A DNA stretch of 64,000 nt, from contig NIVC01003755.1 of assembly GCA_002269645.1 (NCBI GenBank), forward strand, positions 14,610 through 78,609, written 5' to 3'. Below are positions 37,241 to 47,622 of the stretch, in pieces (the first letter of the stretch is position 1; each line of letters opens with the position of its first letter). The notes beneath the pieces are model-generated. The model saw only the letters and a list, made by a program, of their open reading frames with translations, was not told where the DNA came from and searched no databases. The position numbers were made by a program, and so were the translations under genes. Origin of the DNA: Macrostomum lignano. Its lineage: Eukaryota.

Positions 37241-38635
37241 GATGATGCCGTCCTTCTCTATCTTGTCGAGTTCGGCACCGACCTGCTCCTGTCGCATGAG
37301 GGGCAGGCGACAGAGTGGCTGCTGGACGGGTCGCGCTGCTGGGTCGACCTTGGGCTGGTGTAAAGCGCCGGCGCAGCATCCTATCGCACCGCTGAAGGTC
37401 GTTGGGTACCGCGCCTGCAAGTCCGCCGTCAAGTCGCTGACCTTCGCGATTCCGGGTGGCTGCCCGCTAAGGTCGACTCGGAAGCCCAGCTTCTCCATCA
37501 GGTCTCTACCGACGATGTTGTCGCCGCCTGGCGCAACGAAGAACCGGTGCTGCATCGCCTTGTCGCCGTAGCGCACCTCCAGCTCGGTGACACCACTTAG
37601 CTGGATCGGCAGTCCACCGTAGGCACACAGCTTCGTCGTGGTGGGAGAGGTGACTGCACCTGAGATCCGGTCGGCGGTCTGTCGGGACAGCAGCGACACC
37701 CTTGCGCCGCAGTCCACCATCAGGCTGACAGCGGTCCTGTCCGGTCCGAGTTCCAGCGTCGCCCGGACCTCCCTGTCGCCACCCGGCACTGCGTAGACTG
37801 TGATCACCTCGTCCGCGGCATTGACAGCAGCCTGCTGGCTGCGACAGCAACTCCGGAAGTGGTTCTTCTTGCCACAAGCGTCGCATGTCTTGCCCTTGGC
37901 CGGACAGGGGGTCGTCGGTCCGTGGTCTCGCCCACAGCGTGTGCAGGCGCCGCCGGGTTTGGCCGTCCTGCCAGCTGGTGCTGGGCGGTGCCTCCCCTTT
38001 GCAGCGACCTTCTGGCCCCTCGGCTGTCGGATCGATTGGACGGCTGCCGTGCTCGAGGTTGATGGCGCCATCGCCTTGGCTTCTTTGGAGGCTTCCTCGA
38101 TGGAGACCGCGATGCTGAGCGCTTTCGCCAGGTTGAGGTCCTCCACCTTCTCCGTCAGCAGCCTCTCTCGGATTCTGGGGTTACTGGTCTTCTCAGCCAG
38201 CTGGTCTCTGATGAGATCGTCCTGTATCGCGCCGTAGTTGCACAGCTCCGTCAGCTCCCTCAGGGCTGCCACGAAGGTCTTGACGTCCTCGCCGGGTAGC
38301 TGCTGGCGCTGGCGGAAGCGATATCTGGCTACCATCACGTTGGGCTTCTCGCCGAAGATCTTCTCGAGCTCCGCCTTAGTTGCTGCGAACGTGTCGTTCT
38401 CCTTGATTGCTTGGCGTGCTCGAGCAACCCGCTGACCTTCAAATCCAAGCAGATGGAGCAGAAGGCTCCTCTTCAGCGGTTTCGCCTCTTCCTTCCCTTC
38501 GGGCTCCTTGAATTGGGCCGCCTCGTAATAAAATTCAAAGGCCTCAATCCATCGGCTCCATGGTACTGTCGGTGATCCGCAGTTCGCCAGGAAGGGCGTG
38601 GGTGCAGGGATGCTAGCCGCCATCCTCGTCGCCAA
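36560..38635 (-). CDS. Gag-protease ORF, with an out-of-frame tail after the deletion junction at ~37240
   Basis: Gag core (ARYRFRQRQQLPGE..FVAALREL...C.YG), two zinc-knuckle-like motifs (CTRCGRDHGPTTPC, CDACGKKNHFRSCC), protease LMVDCGARVSLL...GRDLM, and the start of RT (ELDKIEKDGIIER). Confidence 0.85.
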   Translation of the reverse strand: MATRMAASIPAPTPFLANCGSPTVPWSRWIEAFEFYYEAAQFKEPEGKEEAKPLKRSLLLHLLGFEGQRVARARQAIKENDTFAATKAELEKIFGEKPNVMVARYRFRQRQQLPGEDVKTFVAALRELTELCNYGAIQDDLIRDQLAEKTSNPRIRERLLTEKVEDLNLAKALSIAVSIEEASKEAKAMAPSTSSTAAVQSIRQPRGQKVAAKGRHRPAPAGRTAKPGGACTRCGRDHGPTTPCPAKGKTCDACGKKNHFRSCCRSQQAAVNAADEVITVYAVPGGDREVRATLELGPDRTAVSLMVDCGARVSLLSRQTADRISGAVTSPTTTKLCAYGGLPIQLSGVTELEVRYGDKAMQHRFFVAPGGDNIVGRDLMEKLGFRVDLSGQPPGIAKVSDLTADLQARYPTTFSGAIGCCAGALHQPKVDPAARPVQQPLCRLPLMRQEQVGAELDKIEKDGIIERVLGLLGRAGHPARQDQPLPSADQRPDGASQSVATRQHQSGHGGEQAVSRRRDQLLVCLPELQAQPDGQVTGRAHAGSEVAHRDHHAVSRRGNDNDRGDASGTAAANRGAAAADQGLHRCQTKGPPRDVPPRRLGENPTAHQEGQAGYPPLTATTSAPSGGTPRGRAQRRHQMEPAAADPNTAPGAAERAVRPTGGLGANDRSRHGGTGGTGGGASGKNSSAPPI

Positions 38636-38884
38636 TGTTCTGTTGTGGAATTAACGAACGCAGAAACAAGATAGATAATTATCCGGGCGCTCAGTGGCAC
38701 CAAAAGAAGGGGTTGGCCAATAGGAGGGCGGCTCGTATATTTATGCACGCGGGGAAGGAAAGTTCTAGAAAGACCGGGGAAGGAAACTTCTGGAACTATG
38801 CGTAAACAAGTCCGCGGTGGAAGTTTCTAGAAACGCTGTCCCCGAACTACCCCTACGCCTCGCATGCCTTTGCAATACACAACA
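38636..38884 (-). repeat. 5' LTR
   Basis: Identical to the 3' LTR and followed on the element strand by the PBS. Confidence 0.95.
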
Positions 38885-39429
38885 GAACCAATCAGGCGAA
38901 CTGTGCCATCAACATGGAAGATTTAATGTACATGCATGTACATATATAAAGATATAGCCTTCTTTCTCTCTTGCGCTGCCCTTGGGTGTGGTCAGCCCAG
39001 TCTCCCATTGCTCTCATCATATCCTAATTTTTTAATCTTGACTTACGAATTCCGTGTTTTAATAAATTAACCGAGCGGTTAAGGCCAAGGGCCAGTAATT
39101 CAGGGCATTATAGTCATTCAACTCCTTTTGTTTCTGTCTGTTTCACTATGAGTCGAAATGTGGAGTAGTGAGTGCACCGGTCGCAGGGCTAGGTCTAGAA
39201 GTCCTTGCGCAAGGCATGGAATAAAAGCTGAATCAGAGTGTGAGCCGAATTCACCAAATAGTCATACCAGTAATACTTCTAAATAAGTCTCTGTAGGATG
39301 TACATATGTACATCATGATCAGAGACCTGTAGTCTAGCTGGGACCTGCACTTCCCCATCCCTCGCCGCATAGAACCTGTATCTACAAGTAGGAGGAAAAC
39401 AATTACACATAACGCATGCACGTAAGACC

Positions 39430-39680
39430 GAAGTGCTAATAAACGATGCCGCAAACAATCCGCTTGCCGAGATTCTGCTCGAGTATGCTGACAGCTGAAG
39501 CCGCTCCTGAGGAGCCGTCAGTTAATTTATCTCGGCGGCCTCGTGCCGGACGTGGGCGAGGAGCTCGCGCTAGGGAAAGCTCAGGCTGCCTCTCAATCTG
39601 TCCGGTTGGTGCTGCACTCAGAGGTCCTGACTGACGGCGCCAGACCGCAGCGCTTCCACTACAGATGCCCGCGTCCTTCT
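39430..39680 (+). mobile_element. Decayed fragment of the same RTE-like LINE family
   Basis: Translates to QLIYLGGLVPDVGEEL...QSVRLVLHSEVLTD, compared with QQFVYLGGLVPDVRKDL...RSVRVVLQSEALPD at ~10330-10450. Confidence 0.7.
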
Positions 39681-40764
39681 CCACGACAAGATTTATGATC
39701 GGCCGCAGTGGATTCCCATGCAGTCGCCTATAGTTTGAACTACATGTGGTGTATAGCCGCCTCGATAGCTTTTTTACAGCAATTTGAGGCTCGTCGTCAG
39801 TCACAACGACATCAAATGCCGCCTCTTAGACAATTTGCACGATCATGCATTATAGCTTGTATACTCGTACATATTTTTGCCTGGCAGCGAAAAAAACTTC
39901 GATCAAACGGGAAACCTGCCTTGCCCTTATATATTAATGCCCTTTTTTTTCGAACACAAATATTCTCGACACATTCCCTGGCGAGGGCAGTAGACTGATT
40001 TCGTGCTGTCTGCAGGCTTCGTGTTGTCTTAATTCCTCTGTTCCTTCTTCTGCCTTAATTTTTATTTTAATGTTAAAAAGGCAAAAAACGCTAGCTTTGC
40101 TACTAAAAAAGGAGTACATGCAGATGAGCGCATTTTTGGAGTACAATATCTAGATATTTTAGTTATGCAAAATCTATACGAAGCTAAAAAGTGTCCGAAA
40201 TGCATTTTTTGCATTTGAGTTAAAAATATCAAACAAAACCAGAGTCAATCATTTTTTGGTTCAAACAAAGACTGAAAAAAACTGTAGCGAAAACCAAATT
40301 GATGCCCAGTTTCGATGCCATTTTCTTGTTTATTTCTAGGTTGGCGCGGTAAACCTTCAAGATGAACAGCTGGTTAAATTAGACAAAAAGGGTTAGTAGC
40401 AAAATTTATATAGCGACCTTCTGTGACTCTTATAGACAAGAGAGGCTTTTAAATCGGTAGCTGATGACCAAGACTCGGTGGCAAGTAAGTAAAGTGAAAT
40501 ATTTTAGTGAGAATTTTTTTAGGTTTCGCAATACTATTAATATCAATACTATCCTATAGCTTTAGTTGTCCAGTTGGCCAATTGTGATTGAATGAGAACT
40601 TGCAGGATGATATTACACGAGACTAAAAACCGAATTTCGGTGAGCACTGGGCACAGTCACGAGTTTCTGAAGGACAGTAATTTTTTATTATCTATTAATA
40701 CTCTGCAGCAAAATTAACTAGAATTTGAAACCAATTTGCCTATCAGGGCATTAGCTCAGCCGAT

Positions 40765-41094
40765 TTACTTGGTGGAACTCTTCAGATAGGCGATGAGATC
40801 GGCGCGTTCCTGCTCCTTCTTGAGGCCGGCGAACACCATCTTTGTGCCGGGTATGTACTTCTTGGGATTCAGCAAGTACTCGAAGAGGGTCTCCTCGCCC
40901 CAGGTGATACCCTTGCTCTTGTTGGCGTCCGTGTAGGAGAATCCGGCCGCTTGGCCAGTTTTACGGCCAAACAGGCCATGCAGGTTTGGCCCAGTCTTGT
41001 GGCCGCCGCCCTTCTCAACAGTGTGGCACTGCAGGCAGCGCTGGATGAAAATCTTCTTGCCCTTCTCAACATCGCCATTGGGAATTTTGCCCAT
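40765..41094 (-). CDS. CYCS: Cytochrome c, 109 aa, uninterrupted CDS
   Basis: [15 protein letters not shown] haem-binding motif, [36 protein letters not shown] (minus strand) at 40684-40689. Confidence 0.98.
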   Translation of the reverse strand: MGKIPNGDVEKGKKIFIQRCLQCHTVEKGGGHKTGPNLHGLFGRKTGQAAGFSYTDANKSKGITWGEETLFEYLLNPKKYIPGTKMVFAGLKKEQERADLIAYLKSSTK

Positions 41095-42659
41095 TGTGTC
41101 TGAGTGCAGGCTTGCATCAAATTTGAATTTGGTAGCATAAATATGATTGAATAGTTATAAAGTATCAATGAAAAAACATTAATTAAAAACTATGGTTAAT
41201 TGTACTATTTATTAATGTTAATGGGCAGATAATGAGAGGACTTAAAAAGATGAAGCTTTGCTAATTTTGGATAAGGAGGCAAATTGCAACTACTAATACT
41301 TAGCTGCCAGCTAATGTACTTAGCTGCCATATACCACTTCTATATATTTTCCTTCCTGTTTTGCTATATCATTCCTATAGAAAACACAATAGATCCTAAT
41401 AGCCTTAGCTTAAGTTAAGAGTGAAATCAAGATTTTATTGCATTTATACTTATAATAGTTATTTAGATGATGCAGTTTTATAGTATATAGAATCCAGTCA
41501 ATTTTGCTTGATTTTACTTTTATTAACTTTATTTAAAGCCAATTTAATTGGTAAAACTTTCTTTCTAAATGCAGACAAGTGCATTCCTGTTTTTCTTTAG
41601 ATAGCCTTATTTAATGATCAATAAGTTGAATGTTTCAAATAATTGACAAATTATTATTAATCTGACAAAAAATTCTACACAAAAATTGATATATAAACTC
41701 GAAAATAGAATAAATTGAAACTTGGGGTTCAACTTTTTTATAATAATTAGCAGCTTGAGGGGCAATAGTATATAGAAATAGTATATTGAAATTAAAAAAT
41801 TCAAATTGTAGTTGCATAAATAATAGCATAAAACTATTTTTTTTTCGTCAATAATACATCAAAGTCCACATTATGCCTTCAATGTATCCAACCCGATAGG
41901 TAATCAGGTTTATATTGAAATTCTTATCTAGCCACAATATTTTAAAATTGAATCAACATTTCAAGTAATATTTCGCAATTGTCGGAACTAACTCAAGTCT
42001 CACTCGAACAAGACACTTAGACAAGATACTAGTACACAACCAGTAAATTTTACTTCTGCTTGGCAATTTTTATTTTTAATGATACACTTAGGGAGCTGGC
42101 CTAACCCTAGGAAAAATTGGCGTATTTGATATACAAATTATAATGGGCCCGCGATAATTATAACTATACAGTTAAAAATTAAGAACAGGTTTTATATATG
42201 TTTACTTTAATTTGTTTCAGCATATAAATGAAGCAATTTTTCTGTAAAACCAAAAAGTTATTGCTAAATGCGCAGTCTTTTATTTTTTTATTAAAAACAT
42301 TTGTTAAGGCGCTTTAATAACGAAATCGTACGGCCTTTATTGCAAAAAATAGTTCCAATGCACTGATAGCTTTATCCAATCGACTTATTGAAGTTATTGT
42401 CAATATTTTAACTCGCTTGTAGCCTAGACTGTTAGCAGTCAGCTGCTGGGAGCAACCCATTTATTAAAAGTTAACAAGTTTAAATAATTAGCAAAGCAGT
42501 GGATGGTGTTATTTCTGTTATTATTTCTGTTACCTACTACGCACTCCTTGTTTTTAATTCGTCCGTAAAGTTACACTAAGTACACGTGCAAGCTTATATC
42601 TAAAACTGCATGCATGTACCACTGAAGTATAATATTCAAAATTAAAATAATGATCATAC

Positions 42660-42865
42660 TGTTGTGTATTGCAAAGGCATGCAATGCGAAGGGAAAGTTC
42701 GGGGACAAGGGTTTCTAGAAACTTCCACAGCAGGACTTGTTTACGCATTGTTCCAGAAGTTTCCTCTCCCCGTCTTTCTAGAAATTTCCTTCCCCGCGTG
42801 CATAAATATACGATCGAGCCGCCCTCCTATTGGCCAAGCCCTCTTTGGTGCCACTGAGCGCCCCT
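42660..42865 (+). mobile_element. Diverged solo LTR of the same Gypsy family
   Basis: TGTTGTGTATTGCAAAGGCATGC ... GTTTCTAGAAACTTCCAC ... CCCCGCGTGCATAAATATACG ... GGTGCCACTGAGCGCCC matches the reverse complement of 36214-36462 with many substitutions. The 3' end is not recognisable. Confidence 0.85.
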
Positions 42866-44515
42866 GCAGATTTATAATTTTCTCTTCTTTTTTCCTCTTT
42901 ATCGCATTGAAAATTTTGTGTAGAGTCATGATGGTGCTCATAAAATTTAGCGACGCTAGCTTTTTCTCTTTAATTTACGGCTCTAAATTTTGTCACCCAC
43001 TTGAGTGGCATCCGCTTTGACAACTCAATATTCAAATTTTTACGACCTTCTATTTTTCAATACTCTCTTGATTTTTCCCTCTTGCATGTATTTATAATAT
43101 TGATTAGGGGATCGCTAAGTTTTTGAGTATTTGTTATAGTTTTCTTTATTCCTTTCCCTAAGATAACTTAGTCACCCATGCAGTGCCATTTTCCTTTGTT
43201 TGATTTCGATCAGTTTTTTTCGTCGACAACTGTCGGTGTGGACGTCCAAGCTTTAAAACTGAAACGAAGTTTACAAAAAGTCGATGCAACCAATTAGCCG
43301 CGGTACGATAAATTTAGTAAAAGAGGTGTTTACTCCAGTGCAGGTTTGTGAACTTTTGCTTAGAAAATTGAAGAGATTCCATCAGCTGTTTTCATTTTTC
43401 CATGTACATATGTAAAACATGCCAGAGTTCATGCTTCGATCAATTCAAGCAAGGTGAAAGGATTAGTCTAACTAACCTGTTTTGTACCGGTCTTACCTGT
43501 GCTATGTTGTGCATATAAGTGCGCCCTGTTGTCACTGTGTGACTGCGTCTCTCGTGTCTCGATCTTCTTTCTTGTTTCTGGCTTTCTCCATAGAAGTCTC
43601 AAGTCTGCGCTTGGCACAGGTGCAGCCACTTTACTGAATTATGAAAGTAAAAAATTGGTGCGTCTTAAACTTTGGGGGCCATCGGCCGATACCATCACAG
43701 GCTACCGCAATACTGACTATACTTTGTGAGTGAACTAGCGGCCAAAAACTACAATCAGCCTATAACAGCTGTCACAGAAAATGGGATTTGGGGATGAGCT
43801 GCTGCTCCAGGTTCTGCTCCTGGGTCTCCTTGGTTAAGCTATACCCACAAAGACCCCACCTCCTATAGTTCAACACATGCAGGATGCTGTGTTGCCCGCA
43901 CGGCCCTATGCAACCCGAAGCCAAGGCAGTTCATCAGGAGCTGGCATTCTGCATGCGGCTTGTGCATCAAATGAGCCGGTGGCAGTGCAAGCTGTGACGG
44001 GGGAAGGGAGTAGAAGGGGTTAGAAATGCAGGTGAGCTGCGCCTACTATATATAGTAGCAAGCTGGAAACTAAAAAAGCAGGGATGTGACGCTTAGGCAC
44101 CAGGAATTGAAAGCAAATCCTAACCGCGTACATTTGTACACCGCTGGACGAAATTTTCTTCCACAAGCCGCGTTACCTGGCGAATGAGAAAGTTGAGGCA
44201 GGCTATACTTTGAGAGGAGAAAGAATCGAAGTGAATGGGGCGAGGATGCGGAGAGGCAAATTTCTTTCTCGGGTTATCAATAAGCCACATCCCAGGAGAT
44301 TTTGAGTCGCCCAAACTTGACAAGAAATTTCCGCTACCTATAGCTAACCCCCTTAGTTGAAGTCAGCATCAACCAAGTCCTCAGACAGGTAAGTGTCAAT
44401 ACAAAGTATTATAATTGTTGGGAAATTTGCCTCTATAATCAAACAAATCCCGCCTTTTGAATATTTGCCTCGGAGATTGTGCATAGACATTCTCCGAGTT
44501 TCAGTAAGATTATGT

Positions 44516-44640
44516 ATAAGATATTCTATGGGTTTGAGGTCATCATCAAATGACAATGATCAATGAAATGATCGAATGAGTATTTCATCGGCTCTCGGGA
44601 TTTAATCACATACCGACCTCAAACCCATAGAATATCTTAT
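44516..44640. mobile_element. MITE with perfect 26-bp TIRs containing CTATGG/CCATAG
   Basis: ATAAGATATTCTATGGGTTTGAGGTC (44516-44541) and GACCTCAAACCCATAGAATATCTTAT (44615-44640). Confidence 0.75.
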
Positions 44641-45924
44641 TTAAACTACTTTAATTTTGCGGGATGTATTCAGATAAATCCCGGAGCCATACTTGTATGT
44701 CTATGGTTGAAGTTAGGGATGGGGGTGTGGGGGCGAAGTCCCTGCTGGGGGTGTGGGGGCAAAGCCCCCACATTCTTAACATAGACAAAATTTCATTAAG
44801 AAATTTCTCGAGTCACGAAGGAAGAGAAGAGAGAAGCTCGCTTATTTAGATACATACAATAATCCTTGCTATATGTCCGGGAAAGTGATCGATGAAATCT
44901 CGAAAAATAAAATCTATGTCAATAACCTCCCTGAAAGTGAGCTTTAAAGTGGTTTAATGAAATGTATCCCACTTTGCCTGTACGCCTTGTCTACGTCGCT
45001 GGTGTTTTGCTAGCGGAGATTCTCACTAAGTAACCTCCGCTGCCATAGACAAAAAATTAACGCCGTGAGCAGGAGTGAGGTTGATTGAACACTTTCTTCT
45101 ACCATAGACAAAACGTGTTCCGCAAATACAGGGAGCGGAGAATACTCATAATCTCCGCGAATCTAGTCAATATTCTCCGCTCCTTGCATTCGTGGGATAC
45201 TGCATATCTAGAGCTCTATACGAGTATAAGAAAGGCAAGACACATCAAAAGATGAACACTGTGTTTCCCTTGCACGAGCTACCAAAGGCAATAACCATTT
45301 TTGTGCTGAAAAATAAAAACCATCATCCATTCTCATCGTGTATTTTTTCGCGGTCAAGCCTGCCTCCTAAAATGTTCCAAGATACCTACTTTCCCGTCCT
45401 TCTACTAGAGCAGTCCTGGTAAAGAATGCGTTATTTGCATCTACATGCAGCTCTTGCGGTTCTTTTCGAAAAGAGAACTCCGGCTTGGCAGTCAATGGTG
45501 TCTGATACTATTTTCACTATTTTTCTGTCCCTTTGCACATATCAAGAGTGAATTATACAATTTACATGTAAAAGCGGGCAGGCGTGCCAGCCAGAGTTTC
45601 GACTGCCCAGTCTGGAGGTTGGGGGGGGGCTCGCGAAAAGGGCAGAGTCAATAAAGCAGGGGTCCAAGCCAACCCGAGGAGGACTTGCTCGTACATAGCT
45701 TTTATTCATGGCGGCCAAATGTTAGAAGCGTACTTGGAAATAATAGAAAAGAGACTACAGAAATTAAAAGAAATGTAAAAATTTACGTCTTGAAAAGGTC
45801 GTAAATGAGTCAGAGAGCCAAATCAGTTGGTAAGGCAGCTTGTTTGTTAATTTGATTTTGATAGGCACTAGCTCGTATAAGTATTCAGCCTTGTTGGTTG
45901 CTAGCTTGGTTGGCATTTATGCAG

Positions 45925-47520
45925 ATTGGGTGGTTGGTTGATAGAGATGGGTATTAGGTAGATTGGGTGGCTGGTTGGTAGAGATGGGTATTAGGTAGGT
46001 TGGGTGGTTGGTTGGTAGAGATGGGTATTAGGTAGATTGGGTGGCTGGTTGGTAGAGATGGGTATTAGGTAGATTGGGTGGCTGGTTGGTAGAGATGGGT
46101 ATTAGTAGGTAGGTTGGGTGGCTGGTTGGTAGAGATGGGTATTAGTAGGTAGATTGGGTGGCTGGTTGGTAGAGATGGGTATTAGTAGGTAGGTTGGGTG
46201 GCTGGTTGGTAGAGATGGGTATTAGGTAGGTTGGGTGGTTGGTTGGTAGAGATGGGTATTAGGTAGATTGGGTGGCTGGTTGGTAGAGATGGGTATTAGG
46301 TAGATTGGGTGGCTGGTTGGTAGAGATGGGTATTAGTAGGTAGGGTGGCTGGTTGGTAGAGATGGGTATTAGTAGGTAGGTTGGGTGGCTGGTTGGTAGA
46401 GATGGGTATTAGGTAGATTGGGTGGCTGGTTGGTAGAGATGGGTATTAGGTAGATTGGGTGGCTGGTTGGTAGAGATGGGTATTAGTAGGTAGATTGGGT
46501 GGTTGGTTGGTAGAGATGGGTATTAGTAGGTAGGTTGGGTGGCTGGTTGGTAGAGATGGGTATTAGTAGGTAGGTTGGGTGGCTGGTTGGTAGAGATGGG
46601 TATTAGGTAGGTTGGGTGGCTGGTTGGTAGAGATGGGTATTAGTAGGTAGGGTGGCTGGTTGGTAGAGATGGGTATTAGTAGGTAGGTTGGGTGGCTGGT
46701 TGGTAGAGATGGGTATTAGGTAGGTTGGGTGGCTGGTTGGTAGAGATGGGTATTAGGTAGGTTGGGTGGCTGGTTGGTAGAGATGGGTATTAGTAGGTAG
46801 ATTGGGTGGTTGGTTGGTAGAGATGGGTATTAGTAGGTAGGTTGGGTGGCTGGTTGGTAGAGATGGGTATTAGGTAGGTTGGGTGGCTGGTTGGTAGAGA
46901 TGGGTATTAGGTAGGTTGGGTGGTTGGTTGGTAGAGATGGGTATTAGGTAGATTGGGTGGTTGGTTGGTAGAGATGGGTATTAGTAGGTAGGTTGGGTGG
47001 TTGGTTGGTAGAGATGGGTATTAGTAGGTAGGTTGGGTGGCTGGTTGGTAGAGATGGGTATTAGGTAGGTTGGGTGGCTGGTTGGTAGAGATGGGTATTA
47101 GTAGGTAGGGTGGCTGGTTGGTAGAGATGGGTATTAGTAGGTAGGTTGGGTGGCTGGTTGGTAGAGATGGGTATTAGGTAGGTTGGGTGGCTGGTTGGTA
47201 GAGATGGGTATTAGGTAGGTTGGGTGGTTGGTTGGTAGAGATGGGTATTAGGTAGATTGGGTGGTTGGTTGGTAGAGATGGGTATTAGTAGGTAGGTTGG
47301 GTGGTTGGTTGGTAGAGATGGGTATTAGTAGGTAGGTTGGGTGGCTGGTTGGTAGAGATGGGTATTAGGTAGGTTGGGTGGCTGGTTGGTAGAGATGGGT
47401 ATTAGGTAGATTGGGTGGCTGGTTGGTAGAGATGGGTATTAGTAGGTAGGTTGGGTGGTTGGTTGGTAGAGATGGGTATTAGTAGGTAGATTGGGTGGCT
47501 GGTTGGTAGAGATGGGTATT
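45925..47520. repeat. 37/40-bp GT-rich minisatellite upstream of the GT32 gene
   Basis: Unit GGGTATTAGGTAGATTGGGTGGCTGGTTGGTAGAGAT. Confidence 0.97.
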
Positions 47521-47622
47521 TAATCTGATAAGCATTCAGTCAGTCAGCTGGTCGGTCACAGCATTCACGATCCGTTTCCGCAGTTTGACTCAGACTGATC
47601 CTACTATTGTTGGTCTACGCGA

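Larger units (their letters stand above)
36214..38884 (-). mobile_element. Internally deleted (non-autonomous) Ty3/Gypsy LTR retrotransposon, 2671 bp
   Basis: Identical 249-bp LTRs (TG...CA) at 36214-36462 and 38636-38884. 5-bp TSD GAACC at 36209-36213 and 38885-38889. PBS TGGCGACGAG at 38625-38634. [17 protein letters not shown] at 36463-36476. Gag, protease and the C-terminal half of integrase are present; RT and RNase H are absent. Confidence 0.95.

Noticed and set aside
43790-44060. GC-richer island that might be a retroelement UTR fragment
   Set aside because: No ORF, termini or second copy to support a call.
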